From assembly GCA_040400605.1 (NCBI GenBank), contig JBBAPZ010000002.1, positions 123,650-187,649 of the forward strand: a DNA stretch of 64,000 nt, written 5' to 3'. Below are positions 19,038-29,452 of the stretch, one piece after another. The position numbers were made by a program, and so were the translations under genes. Position 1 is the stretch's first letter, and every line of letters begins with the position of its first letter. The stretch is from Candidatus Sericytochromatia bacterium. Its GTDB lineage: Bacteria; Cyanobacteriota; Sericytochromatia; S15B-MN24; JAQBPE01. The notes below the pieces were generated by a model that was not told the origin of the DNA, did no database searches, and saw nothing but the letters and a program-made list of their open reading frames with translations.

Positions 19038-20861
19038 ATGAGCGGCAGGCGGCGGATACGGGGCTTCGGTGTCGGGCTGTGTTTGCCGTTGCTGGTTGCG
19101 TGTCAGAGTGTGCCTTTGGCTTCGCTGCAGGTGAGGGATGTGGGGGCTTCTGTGTCGGCTCGTGTGGGGGAGCCTGTGCGATCGCCGATCATCACGACGC
19201 AATCACAGGCGTTTGACTGGCAGAGTGTGGATGAAATGGTGGTGCGTTTTCGTTCAGGGGGACGCACCTTGCCAGGAGCGACGCTCAAGGGCTCCCTGGC
19301 GCTGAAAAACACGTATGTCTATCGCTTGAACAGTCGTGGTTACGCCCTTGCGGCGGTGGAAGACTGGTCGATGCAAGAAGATATCGATTATGTCGAGCCA
19401 AATTATGTGTATCAGGCGGTGGGTGAGCCGAATGATCCCGGTTGGGATGATGCGTGGGGTATTGGCAAGATTGGGGCGCACGAGGTCTGGGCGTCCGGGC
19501 GTGGTGCGGGAATCAAGGTTGCTGTGTTGGATACCGGGGTTGCGGCGTCTCATGTTGACTTGAACGGGCAGGTCTTACGGGGTTGGGATTTTGTCAACGA
19601 TGATGATGACGCAGGCGACGATCACGGGCACGGGACGCACGTGGCCGGCACGATTGCTGCGTTGGCAAACAATGGTGTCGGTGTCGCGGGGGTTGCGCCC
19701 GGATGCCGGATTATCCCCATCAAGGTGCTGGATGCGTCCGGTTCGGGGCGCAACAGCCAGATTGCCGCCGGGATTTTGAAGGCGGCTGAGTTGGGCGCAC
19801 GTGTGATCAATTTGAGTCTTGGTGGGCCATCTGAGTCTGAGACCTTGCGACGTGCGATTGCGACCGTTGCGGCACAGGGTGTGACAGTGGTCGCCGCTGC
19901 GGGAAATGATGGGGTCTCCACACCTTTTTACCCGGCGGCCACTGCTGATGTGATCGCGGTTGCCGCAGTTGACAGTGCTTTGAATAAAGCAGGCTTCAGC
20001 AATTTTGGCGATTATGTGGACATTGCAGCACCTGGCGTACGCATCGCCTCGACGGGTAGAGCCGGAGATGTGGTGAAAATGAGCGGGACCAGTATGGCTG
20101 CACCACACGTCGCGGGTGCGGTCGCTTTGTTGGCCAGTGCGTTTCCTGATCTCAAAAGCAATCATTTCGGCAAGGCGATGCAACGCGGTGGGCTCGCCAC
20201 AACGGGGTTTAAGGGTGAAAGCGTCTTGCCATCTTTGCATTTGCCCGGTGCATTCACAGCTGTACCAACCTTGGATTTGACGCCGCCTGGCAGGGTTTCG
20301 GGCGTGAATGCCAAGCCGGAGGGCCCCGGTGAGGTGGCACTCTCGTGGGCTGCATCAACAGATAACCTCAGTGCCGTCCGTTATCGCGTCAATCGCGACG
20401 GGGAGATGGTTGGAACCACGTCCGACACCACCTATCTGGACCGCGGGGTGTCGCAATCCGCGCAATACACGATTGTGGCCGAGGATGCCGACGGCAACCT
20501 CGCGGATGCCAGTTCGGCGATTACTGGCACTGCAGGGTTGGCGTCACCGCTGATTCAAAACCTGAAGGTGACGCGGCGGGACAGTTCATCGTTGACCATC
20601 GCGTGGCAGACCACCGTGCCGATGCGTTGCGTGTTGCAATGGGGTGACACGGATCGGCTTGGGTCGGTGGCCAGTGCAGGGAGTACGGCATCGTCGAATC
20701 ACAAAGTCGAATTGAAAGATCGCCCGCGATTCAAGCTGCATCACTATCGGGTGCTTGGCACGACGGACGCAGGCGAGGCGCATTACTCAAGTACGCAAAA
20801 AGTCCGTACCAAACTGTTCTGGCTGTTTCAGGCACCCGGTTCGGCAGCATCACAGGATTGA
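19038..20861 (+). CDS. S8 subtilase lipoprotein with fibronectin type III-like domains
   Basis: Lipobox LVAC; LDTG, HGTHVAG, GTSMA triad; LSWAASTDN...YRVNRDG Fn3 pattern. Confidence 0.92.
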   Translation: MSGRRRIRGFGVGLCLPLLVACQSVPLASLQVRDVGASVSARVGEPVRSPIITTQSQAFDWQSVDEMVVRFRSGGRTLPGATLKGSLALKNTYVYRLNSRGYALAAVEDWSMQEDIDYVEPNYVYQAVGEPNDPGWDDAWGIGKIGAHEVWASGRGAGIKVAVLDTGVAASHVDLNGQVLRGWDFVNDDDDAGDDHGHGTHVAGTIAALANNGVGVAGVAPGCRIIPIKVLDASGSGRNSQIAAGILKAAELGARVINLSLGGPSESETLRRAIATVAAQGVTVVAAAGNDGVSTPFYPAATADVIAVAAVDSALNKAGFSNFGDYVDIAAPGVRIASTGRAGDVVKMSGTSMAAPHVAGAVALLASAFPDLKSNHFGKAMQRGGLATTGFKGESVLPSLHLPGAFTAVPTLDLTPPGRVSGVNAKPEGPGEVALSWAASTDNLSAVRYRVNRDGEMVGTTSDTTYLDRGVSQSAQYTIVAEDADGNLADASSAITGTAGLASPLIQNLKVTRRDSSSLTIAWQTTVPMRCVLQWGDTDRLGSVASAGSTASSNHKVELKDRPRFKLHHYRVLGTTDAGEAHYSSTQKVRTKLFWLFQAPGSAASQD

Positions 20862-21165
20862 TGGGTTCATCCATCCGATGCGCGGATTGTCCGTTATACA
20901 GAAACGCGTTGTTGTTGATTGAATTTTGGCTGTGATTCAGTTTTTTTGTTGAACAGAAACCTATGCGTTGCTGCATCGATTCCCGTTACTGATTGACAGG
21001 ATGTAGCGGCCCGAATCGGTCTCGCTACCCTTGCGTCTTGGGCAGGTGGTTGTCTTCTGGCGAATCTGACGCTTCCTTGATGCGTGCGAGTGATGCGTCG
21101 GGTGGCTGAGCGGGTATGATGGGAGGGCTTCGCAACGATGCGTCCCGATTCAGGAGGAACAGTCA

Positions 21166-22503
21166 GTGAGTACGCCATCCATTTACCAAGCCCGTCGTGC
21201 TTCTTTGATGCAGTGGATGAATGGTGGCGCGGCGCTGGTTGGTACGGCGCCCGTTCGCATCCGCTCGCGAGACACCGATTACCGCTATCGTCCCGACAGT
21301 GATTTTTATTACCTGACCGGCTTTCGCGAGCCCCACGCCTGGCTGCTTTTGTTACCGGATCACCCCACCCACCAAAGCGTACTGTTTTTACAGGCCCGCG
21401 ATCCTTTGGCCGAGACCTGGCACGGACGCCGTCTTGGGGTTGAAAGGGCACGGTCAGTGCTCGGTGTCGATGCCGCCTATCCCATCGATGAACTGGATCA
21501 GGTATTGCCGAATCTTTTGCGGGGCCATTCACGGCTCTATTATCATTTTGGGCAATATCCGGAGGCGGATCAAAGGGTCCTGAAATGGTTACCCAATTTG
21601 GCCAATCGGGTGACAGTCGCGCCAGGTGAAATCATATCGCCTCAAATTCATCTGCATGAAATGCGTTTGCACAAAGAATCCGTCGAACTTGACGCCATGC
21701 GCCAGGCGTCGGCCATCACTGCCAAGGGCTATGAGGCCGCGCTCAAAGCGATTGGGCCTGGTGCGCATGAATATGAGGTTGAAGCCGCACTGACTGGCAC
21801 CTATCGCCGTCTCGGCGCCGAGGGACATGCGTATCAACCCATTGTCGCGAGTGGCGATAACGCCGTCATTTTGCACTATAACGACAATGAGCGACAAATG
21901 CGGGCGGGGGATTTAATTTTGATTGATTCCGGTGCGGAGTACGGTTACTACGCCTGTGACATTTCACGAACATACCCTGTCAGCGGGCGCTTCAGTGCGG
22001 CGCAGAAAGCGGTTTATCAATTGGTGCTCAACGCGCAGAAGGCAGCCATCGATAAAATGCGCCTCGGCGAGCACGTCAAAGGCTATCATGAAGAAGCTGT
22101 GCGCGTCTTGACGTATGGGATGGTGGAATTGGGTCTATTGAAAGGTGATCCGGAGTCTTTGATCCAAAACGATGCCTACAAGGCCTTCTACATGCACGGC
22201 ACCGGTCACTACTTGGGTCTGGATACTCACGATGTGGGGCATTATCGCCTTGTTGATGCGCGAGGGCAGCAAACTGCCGACTGGCGGCCGATGCGTGAAG
22301 GCATGGTTTTAACCTGCGAACCGGGTCTTTATATTCCTTTGGGTACCGAAGGCGTGGATCCCGCCTTTCACGGCGTTGGTGTCCGCATTGAAGATGACAT
22401 TTTGATCACGGCTGAGGGCCCTGTCAATCTGACAGCGGACGTCCCCAAGGAGATCGATGACATCGAACGCTTGATGGCGACGCGTGCCGAGTATGTTACA
22501 TAA
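21166..22503 (+). CDS. pepP: Xaa-Pro aminopeptidase (M24)
   Basis: DSDFYYLTGF, HGTGHYLGLDTHD, TCEPG, GVRIEDD. Confidence 0.95.
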   Translation: MSTPSIYQARRASLMQWMNGGAALVGTAPVRIRSRDTDYRYRPDSDFYYLTGFREPHAWLLLLPDHPTHQSVLFLQARDPLAETWHGRRLGVERARSVLGVDAAYPIDELDQVLPNLLRGHSRLYYHFGQYPEADQRVLKWLPNLANRVTVAPGEIISPQIHLHEMRLHKESVELDAMRQASAITAKGYEAALKAIGPGAHEYEVEAALTGTYRRLGAEGHAYQPIVASGDNAVILHYNDNERQMRAGDLILIDSGAEYGYYACDISRTYPVSGRFSAAQKAVYQLVLNAQKAAIDKMRLGEHVKGYHEEAVRVLTYGMVELGLLKGDPESLIQNDAYKAFYMHGTGHYLGLDTHDVGHYRLVDARGQQTADWRPMREGMVLTCEPGLYIPLGTEGVDPAFHGVGVRIEDDILITAEGPVNLTADVPKEIDDIERLMATRAEYVT

Positions 22504-22657
22504 ATTTACAACTGTCTAAAAGCTTTCTCCACAGCGCGTTTCCGGATGTTTGCACGCTATCGGTTGCAGGTAGCCGGGGCTTTGGGTGCGTTTCGAATGC
22601 GGGTACATCGTTTGCGAAGGTGGTTGTGTCCATTGGCTCGCAACGAAGGGATCGGCA

Positions 22658-23632
22658 TTGAATCGACGTCATTTTTTGGCTAGTTTGGGTTTGTGTGGGT
22701 TGTCGGGTCCATTGATGGGGGCCTTGGCTGAACCGGCGCGTGGGGAAAATCTGCTTCGGTTTGCTCACATCACGGATTTGCACATGACCAGTCGGGAGCA
22801 GGGGCGGTATCCGGGAGCTCACCGTCATGTGGCCTTGCTGGTTGATCAATTGAATGAGGAGGCTTTGGATTTTGTTCTGTTCACGGGGGATATGATTCAC
22901 TTCGTGTCGGATCTCGATACGGAACTGGGTGCATTGCGCGCTGCGCTTGGTCGTTTGAAGCATCCTTACTATTGTGCATTTGGCAATCACGATGTCGAAG
23001 GTCCGTCCTTGAAGGCGCGCAAACGTTGGTGGATGGAGCGATTGGGCGATTCGGGTCTTGCCTTGGGCGATGCCAGCTATAGCATTGCGCTGCCCGGGGG
23101 GGTGCGTTTGGTTGTGTTGGATACCACGGATGTGGATGGCAACGCTTACCATACTTGGCAGGGTTGTCTTGGCGATCGCCAACTGGCCTGGTTGAAACAG
23201 TGTTTGCGCTCGGCGCGGGATGAAACGATTTTTCTCGCGTTGCATCATCCGCCGACCGTTCCGTGGCCCGGAATGGATGCTTTGGCGATGGAGACGCGAT
23301 CCGCGCAGGCTTTGGCCGGCATTCTCCGGGAGCACGCCACGGTGCAGGTGATCCTGGGCGGACATTATCACATCGGTCTAAGCCGCGAGTGGTGCTCTGC
23401 GACTTTATTGTGCGGTCCTTCACTCGTTGAGCATCCGCACGCCTGGCGCTTGCTCACCGTTGAACGACTCGGTGCCAGAGCGGGGTTGGTGCGCCATGAA
23501 TGGCGTTACCTGCCCATGGACCCCGACCATCACCTCGCGTGCGCCATCGGCCCTGCCGGCTGGCGGGGATGGGGCCTGCACGCACTGTCTCAGGTGGCAG
23601 AAAGCCATTGTTTTATCACTTTGCCAAACTGA
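22658..23632 (+). CDS. Tat-exported metallophosphoesterase (CpdA-like)
   Basis: NRRHFL Tat motif; DLH, GD, GNHD, HH, GHYH. Confidence 0.88.
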   Translation: MNRRHFLASLGLCGLSGPLMGALAEPARGENLLRFAHITDLHMTSREQGRYPGAHRHVALLVDQLNEEALDFVLFTGDMIHFVSDLDTELGALRAALGRLKHPYYCAFGNHDVEGPSLKARKRWWMERLGDSGLALGDASYSIALPGGVRLVVLDTTDVDGNAYHTWQGCLGDRQLAWLKQCLRSARDETIFLALHHPPTVPWPGMDALAMETRSAQALAGILREHATVQVILGGHYHIGLSREWCSATLLCGPSLVEHPHAWRLLTVERLGARAGLVRHEWRYLPMDPDHHLACAIGPAGWRGWGLHALSQVAESHCFITLPN

Positions 23633-23701
23633 GCGCTTCTCCATCACCGAAAAGCCGATATCGGCTGACAAGTGGTATAAGCGTAGGTGGAGGAGTCGTG
23701 T

Positions 23702-25183
23702 GTGCAAAGTATGGAACACAGCTTGACCGTATCCGCCTCAAGCGCTGAGGTGGCTGCCTGGTGGCAGGAAGTCCCCAATTGGTCCGTGGCATTGCCCATG
23801 TTGGGTGACGTGTCACATTCGGCCGCGACGGGATGGCATTGTCGTTCGGCCCAGGTTTTGCTTCATGATGAACCGGGTGATTGGCAGCCTTTGCAGGTCA
23901 CGTTGGGCGTTTACAGTGTCCAGTTCGAGTGGCGGCAACGGCAGGAAACGTGTTCGGTGAGGGCACACTGGCAGCCATTGGATGAGGCGCATACCCGGGT
24001 AACAGTTAAGTGGTGTTTGCCGAATTCGGTTTCGAATCCAGGCTTGGCATCCTTGTGGGAGCAGGGCATGTGGCAGATGCGTGACCAGTTGGTAGGCAAG
24101 CGTGGTCCGCAGCCTTATGTCGACCTGTTTTACCGGTCGATGGCTGCAACGGCCGGTGTTGCGGTAACGCTGGGTCTTGTGTGGAGTTTGGTTGCGTTGA
24201 TCGAGGTGTGGGTCATTGCTGTCGGCGCATTGATGGTTGGCGCGACGCTATCGCCGACGGTTACGTGGTTGGAGCGGCACGGAATTCGGAAGGTTTGGGC
24301 GGTCAGCGCCATTGTGACAGGGGTGCTGCTGGTCGGCGCTGCGCTTGGAACCTTGCTGTTGCCGACCATTTTGTTGCAAGGCCAGGAGTTTGCGGCAGCG
24401 CTGCCGTCTTACATCGATAACCTCTCGCCATTGCTGGAACGTCTGCACAAGCGTTATCCGATGCTGCCGAATGGTGCCAAATTGATGGAGACCTTGGCAA
24501 GTCAGGTGTCGCCGCTGTTCACGAACCTTTTTTCGATGACGGGGCGTTTGGTTTGGTATTTGGTGGTTGGCCTATCCATTCTTTTTTTGGGCTTTTTTGC
24601 ATTGATTGATGGCCATCGCATCAAGGCGACCATGGTGCGGGTGAGCCCATATCGTGCGCGGGGCGCGATGTTGACCTGGCTTGACATGCTGGAGTGGCGT
24701 GTCGGACGTTACATGGCCGGTTTGGTTGGCATTTGTGGGTTGGCGGGCACGTTGACTTGGGCGACCATGTGGGGACTGGGCGTTCCGGACGCATTATTGA
24801 TTGGCGCCGTCACTGCTTTGCTGCAGGGGATTCCACTGGTTGGACCGTTGATTGCGGCTGCATTGGCCGGATTGTTGGCGCTCTCGGTGTCGACTAAACT
24901 GGCCTTGTGGGCACTGTTTGGTTTTGCGGTGATTCAGCAGTTGATCGGCCAATGGTTGTTCCCGTGGCTGATGGGCAGAAGCATCGGGATGCATCCTGCT
25001 TGGGTCGCGTTGGTGCTTTTGGTTGGTGCAACCCTGTATGGACTGACCGGTGCGTTTTTGGCGATTCCGGTTGCGATTGCGTTGTCGAGTGTCGTGGAGT
25101 GTTTTGAGATTCCGTGGACCCGCGGATGGCATGGGTCCAATCGAGAGACCAAGGCCGTTCAGGAACAACTGCCGACTGCTTGA
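23702..25183 (+). CDS. AI-2E family transporter with N-terminal SRPBCC/START-like domain
   Basis: TM domain with IPLVGP, MGRSIGMHP, GAFLAIPVA; soluble N-terminal ~130 aa. Confidence 0.82.
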   Translation: MQSMEHSLTVSASSAEVAAWWQEVPNWSVALPMLGDVSHSAATGWHCRSAQVLLHDEPGDWQPLQVTLGVYSVQFEWRQRQETCSVRAHWQPLDEAHTRVTVKWCLPNSVSNPGLASLWEQGMWQMRDQLVGKRGPQPYVDLFYRSMAATAGVAVTLGLVWSLVALIEVWVIAVGALMVGATLSPTVTWLERHGIRKVWAVSAIVTGVLLVGAALGTLLLPTILLQGQEFAAALPSYIDNLSPLLERLHKRYPMLPNGAKLMETLASQVSPLFTNLFSMTGRLVWYLVVGLSILFLGFFALIDGHRIKATMVRVSPYRARGAMLTWLDMLEWRVGRYMAGLVGICGLAGTLTWATMWGLGVPDALLIGAVTALLQGIPLVGPLIAAALAGLLALSVSTKLALWALFGFAVIQQLIGQWLFPWLMGRSIGMHPAWVALVLLVGATLYGLTGAFLAIPVAIALSSVVECFEIPWTRGWHGSNRETKAVQEQLPTA

Positions 25184-27513
25184 TCCTGTCTCGTCGTTGC
25201 TTGGGCATCGACGTGTGGAACAATTTGGGGCCACCAGTTCCAGCGACCCAGCAGGGCCATGAAGCTTGGAACCATAATGAGCCGAATGACGAGTGCATCA
25301 AGAAAAACCGCCACCGCCAGACCAAAGCCGATCATCTTGGTCAATACCCCGTCTGCCGCGACAAACGCCCCAAACACCAGCAACATGATCAAAGCGGCGT
25401 TGGTGATGATGCCTCCTGTGACGGCCAAGCCACGTGCCACCGCCTGTTTTGTGTCACCACAGCGGTAATACTCTTCCTGGATGCGCGACAGCAGAAACAC
25501 TTCATAATCCATGGACAGACCAAAGACGCAGCAAAAAACAATCATGGGGACGAACACCTGGATGATACCGGGGGCTTCGCTGAATCCAATCCACGAGGCG
25601 AAGTAGCCATGTTGAAAAACCAAAATCAGCATGCCAAAGCTCGCGGTGACTGACAGTGCGTTCATGAGTAATGCCTTGATGGGTAAAACGAGTGATCGGA
25701 AAGACAAGAACAAGACGATTGCAGTCACGCTGAAAACCAACCCGACGACTTTGGCAATGTTGGATAGGATGGCGTGCTCAAAGTCGTTGTTGACGGGTAA
25801 CGGACCGCCGATTTCAACGGTCAGATTTTGAAAGCCGGCTCGTTGCGACCAGTCACGGCTTTGCAACTCGCGGATGTAGGCCTTGATTGCCACGAAATCC
25901 GACTCGGTATGCGGAATCGCCTGAACGACTGTACTTTTTCCATCTTCGCTGATTAATAAACTGGCTGACTCGGGAAACCGTGCGCGTAAACGGCTGACAT
26001 CTCCCCGGAAAAACAGGTTGTTCAATAAAATCAGACGTGGGGCATTTTCGACGATGGAATGCACTTCAGCAATGCGCGGCGATGCTTTTAACTCACCGAC
26101 CAAACCGGCCAAGGCTTTTAGACTCTCCGGCGCGATGATCAATTGGCCATCCTGCCTTTTGATAACAAGGTTGATCGGATAAAGGCGACCCGCTTGACGC
26201 ATGTTTTCCAGCTCAAGCAGACCCAAACCGCTTGGCATGCCTGTTGGCAAGAATCGGCTTGAAAACTGACCGAACTGCACCGTGGCGACCGGAAGTGACA
26301 TGGCTAGCATCAAAAGCGTGCCAGCACTCAAAAATACAACCGGACGACGCATCACCACTTGGGTCCATCGAAACCACAAGGCGGCGGATGGAATGCGATC
26401 CACCCAGCGCGAAACGCCACTTGGCCAATCTACGCGAGACCCGATGACAGCCAGTACCGCCGGTAAAAACGTCAAAGTCAATAAAACGGTCGCCAAAACC
26501 GTCAGCGAACCGGCCATCGCCAAGGACGTCGTGTCAATCAAACCTGGGAAAAACAGTGCCAGAAAACTGATCATAACCGTCAAGCCGGAATAGACCACCG
26601 CCTGTCCCGAGGTGGACACCGTCTCCGCCACCGCATCCGCCACGGCCACGCCGCGCTTGAGAGCCTCCCTGAAACGGCTGACCATAATCAACGCATAGTC
26701 GATGCCGATGCCGAGTCCCACCATGGACGAAATGTTCTGCGCCATCACGGATAGGTTCATCACGTGGCCAAAACAATAAAGCAAGGCGAGGGTCGTCAAT
26801 GACGCGAAGGCACCAACCAATACAGGAATGCCCGCCGCTGCCAATGCCCCGAACGCTACCAGCAAGAAAAGCAACGCAACGGGCAAAATGCGCCTTTCCG
26901 CAATCGCCGTATCACGCGCGATTGACCGGGTTGCATCAAAGCCAATCGCAATCTCACCCGTCACAAAGACCCGCAGGTCGGGTATCTGCTTTTGCGCCGC
27001 ATCAATCACCGGTTGCAAGGACTGACGCAGCCGTGGCACCATTTGTTCCGCATCACGGTTGTTCCTGGCGTCCAAACCGACAACGAAAAACGTGCGGTGG
27101 CCGTCCGCTGCGAGCAACGCCGGATTGGGAACATCCAGATATGAGAATGATCGATTGACGTACGGCGTTGCCACAGCCGCCGCCTGCAACCGTTTCAATG
27201 TCTCCTGGTACTGCCCGTCCGAAAAACGATGCTGATCGCTTGCCATCGTGACAAGTAAATTGAACTGGTAAGGATTGCTGAATTCCGTTCGCAGCATCTG
27301 CGCGGCCCGTTCGGAAGAGCTTGCGGGAATGTCCGCTGCGCCGCCTTTTAATACGCGTGGTGCGCGGGCCGCAAGAAAAATGACCCCGACCATGACCACT
27401 GCCCAGACAAGAAGCACCGCCAACCGATGCTTCACAATCCAATAACCGAATGCACGGAACCGCAAAGTGGACTGAGTCAATTCACACATCCCGCGAAAGC
27501 CGGGCTTTCGCAA
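25159..27513 (-). CDS. MMPL family (RND) transporter
   Basis: GIGIDYAL, FGLSMDYEVFLLSRI, two repeats of TM bundle + periplasmic loop. Confidence 0.92.
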   Translation of the reverse strand: MRKPGFRGMCELTQSTLRFRAFGYWIVKHRLAVLLVWAVVMVGVIFLAARAPRVLKGGAADIPASSSERAAQMLRTEFSNPYQFNLLVTMASDQHRFSDGQYQETLKRLQAAAVATPYVNRSFSYLDVPNPALLAADGHRTFFVVGLDARNNRDAEQMVPRLRQSLQPVIDAAQKQIPDLRVFVTGEIAIGFDATRSIARDTAIAERRILPVALLFLLVAFGALAAAGIPVLVGAFASLTTLALLYCFGHVMNLSVMAQNISSMVGLGIGIDYALIMVSRFREALKRGVAVADAVAETVSTSGQAVVYSGLTVMISFLALFFPGLIDTTSLAMAGSLTVLATVLLTLTFLPAVLAVIGSRVDWPSGVSRWVDRIPSAALWFRWTQVVMRRPVVFLSAGTLLMLAMSLPVATVQFGQFSSRFLPTGMPSGLGLLELENMRQAGRLYPINLVIKRQDGQLIIAPESLKALAGLVGELKASPRIAEVHSIVENAPRLILLNNLFFRGDVSRLRARFPESASLLISEDGKSTVVQAIPHTESDFVAIKAYIRELQSRDWSQRAGFQNLTVEIGGPLPVNNDFEHAILSNIAKVVGLVFSVTAIVLFLSFRSLVLPIKALLMNALSVTASFGMLILVFQHGYFASWIGFSEAPGIIQVFVPMIVFCCVFGLSMDYEVFLLSRIQEEYYRCGDTKQAVARGLAVTGGIITNAALIMLLVFGAFVAADGVLTKMIGFGLAVAVFLDALVIRLIMVPSFMALLGRWNWWPQIVPHVDAQATTRQDQAVGSCS

Positions 27514-27674
27514 TCCTCGTTGGTCTGCGATAAAAGAAACACCATGCTACCATAACAGTTCGCAAATCGACCCCAAGATTGGTCTGAATGGCGAGCGCAA
27601 AGTACGAAACCGCCTCTCGGTTCCCGCGACGACGATGGCACCGTGGTGTCGTTTCGCTCATCAAGCGCGTGGCG

Positions 27675-28397
27675 TCACGGTTCTGAATCCGCTCCCAACA
27701 CGCGCGCCACGTAGTGCCGCGTCTCGGCAAATGGCGGGATGCCCCCATAGTGCGACACCTGGCTCGGACCCGCATTATAAGCCGCGACAGCCAGCGGCAG
27801 ATCACCATCGAAGCGCGCCAACATCTGCTTCAGGTACCGCGCTCCCCCTGCCAGGTTTTGAGCCGGGTCAAAGGCATCGACCACGCCCAATTCACGTGCG
27901 GTTGCGGGCATGAGCTGCATAAGGCCCAAAGCGCCTGCCGGGGAGCGTGCGAAGGGGTTGCCGCCGGATTCTTGCGCCACGACGCGCTCAAGCAAATGGG
28001 CATCCACACCGTGTTGGGCACTCACCTCGTTGATCAGCGATCGCCAGCGTGCAACACCTTGAACGGCATCATCTGATGACGGTGCCGCCAGAACACTTTG
28101 CGCCGGTTGCTCGGCACCCGCGGTCCGTTCAACGGCATCAACGGGCGTGGGATTGGGTATGCGCAGACCCCATACAGGCCCTATCGCCCCATATTGGGCG
28201 GGCAGCGCCGCTTGGGACACACCCACTGAATCCGCGCCTGGTGGCTTGCCCATCGCTTGTCTCAACGCATCCTCGAAGCGCTGCGTCATCTGCCCGGCCA
28301 CTGCGTCGAACGCGTCTGAGACCGCTTCAAGTTCACGCGACACCTGGTCGAGGCGAGGCGCCTGCAGCGACTTCTGAGGGATCAAATACGGATTCAT
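27675..28397 (-). CDS. lytic transglycosylase (SLT domain)
   Basis: QESGG, GLMQLMP, AAYNAG, PPFAET. Confidence 0.9.
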   Translation of the reverse strand: MNPYLIPQKSLQAPRLDQVSRELEAVSDAFDAVAGQMTQRFEDALRQAMGKPPGADSVGVSQAALPAQYGAIGPVWGLRIPNPTPVDAVERTAGAEQPAQSVLAAPSSDDAVQGVARWRSLINEVSAQHGVDAHLLERVVAQESGGNPFARSPAGALGLMQLMPATARELGVVDAFDPAQNLAGGARYLKQMLARFDGDLPLAVAAYNAGPSQVSHYGGIPPFAETRHYVARVLGADSEP

Positions 28398-28518
28398 CCA
28401 AGCCTCCACACCCGCCATCATACACTGTGACCGGGAACCCGCACAGTCTCGATGGAATCCTGACTTGAGCCCCAGCATCCACAGAACTGGTGGTTGGCAC
28501 TGGTGATGCCATTTTGCC

Positions 28519-29175
28519 TCACTTCAGCAAGTCGTCCACCGATTCGTACAGACTGACGGAACGTTGCAAGGATGCCAACGCGCGGTCCTTGTATCCCTGG
28601 GCGAGATAGGTGCGCGCAAGCATCGCATGCCCTTGGGGTGTGTCTGCACCCTGTAAATGCTTCAAACAATAATCCACGGAACGGTCGTACCAGCGCATCG
28701 CATACGTGGCCTGCGCCAAATCATAGTACACACCATTGAGCGCCCGACCCGTGTTCATCCGGATGACCCCCTCCAACACCCAAATGGCTTCTGCATGCCT
28801 TCCCTGCCGCAAGAGCGCGTGGCCCCACAGAATGTTTACATCCGGATTGCGTGGATCCAACCGCGCCGCCTTCTCCGCCGTCTGGGCCGCCTGCGCCCAG
28901 CGCCTCAAGCGCTGATACAACTGCGCCAGCCGATAATGGGGTTCGACCTGACCCGGGTCAGACTGAATCAACATCTGGTATTCGGCGATCGCCGACTCCC
29001 ACTGCGCCTCATTGACCAACTGTGCCGCCCGCTCAAACCGGTCCAACGCCTTCGGCACCGTCCGAGACCCACGCGGGGGTTCCACCCACTCCTCGGCCCA
29101 CACCCGCAACGAGCCACACACACCCAACCAAAAACAAAGCCCCATTGCGACCAATGAATACAAGCGTCTCATCAT
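28519..29175 (-). CDS. exported TPR protein
   Basis: Signal peptide followed by about 5 TPR-like repeats. Confidence 0.8.
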   Translation of the reverse strand: MMRRLYSLVAMGLCFWLGVCGSLRVWAEEWVEPPRGSRTVPKALDRFERAAQLVNEAQWESAIAEYQMLIQSDPGQVEPHYRLAQLYQRLRRWAQAAQTAEKAARLDPRNPDVNILWGHALLRQGRHAEAIWVLEGVIRMNTGRALNGVYYDLAQATYAMRWYDRSVDYCLKHLQGADTPQGHAMLARTYLAQGYKDRALASLQRSVSLYESVDDLLK

Positions 29176-29452
29176 GACCCCACACAAACATACGTCACAC
29201 AACACTGTCAGGCATGCATGTCACATTCCCCAACGGCGCCGAGTAAGCCGACAGCACCAGGCTTCACGCACCACATGCCGACAGCAGGCGTCAACGATTT
29301 AACGCTGAACGGTCGGCGCGCTGATCCGAATTCTGCGCTTACTGCTCCAATCTTAAAAAGCTGAGATTACCGAAACTTAAGTGATTATTATTGATTAATT
29401 AAGAACAAAATGCCGTTTGGATCACGATAACCAAACCGAGATGGGGACGACG

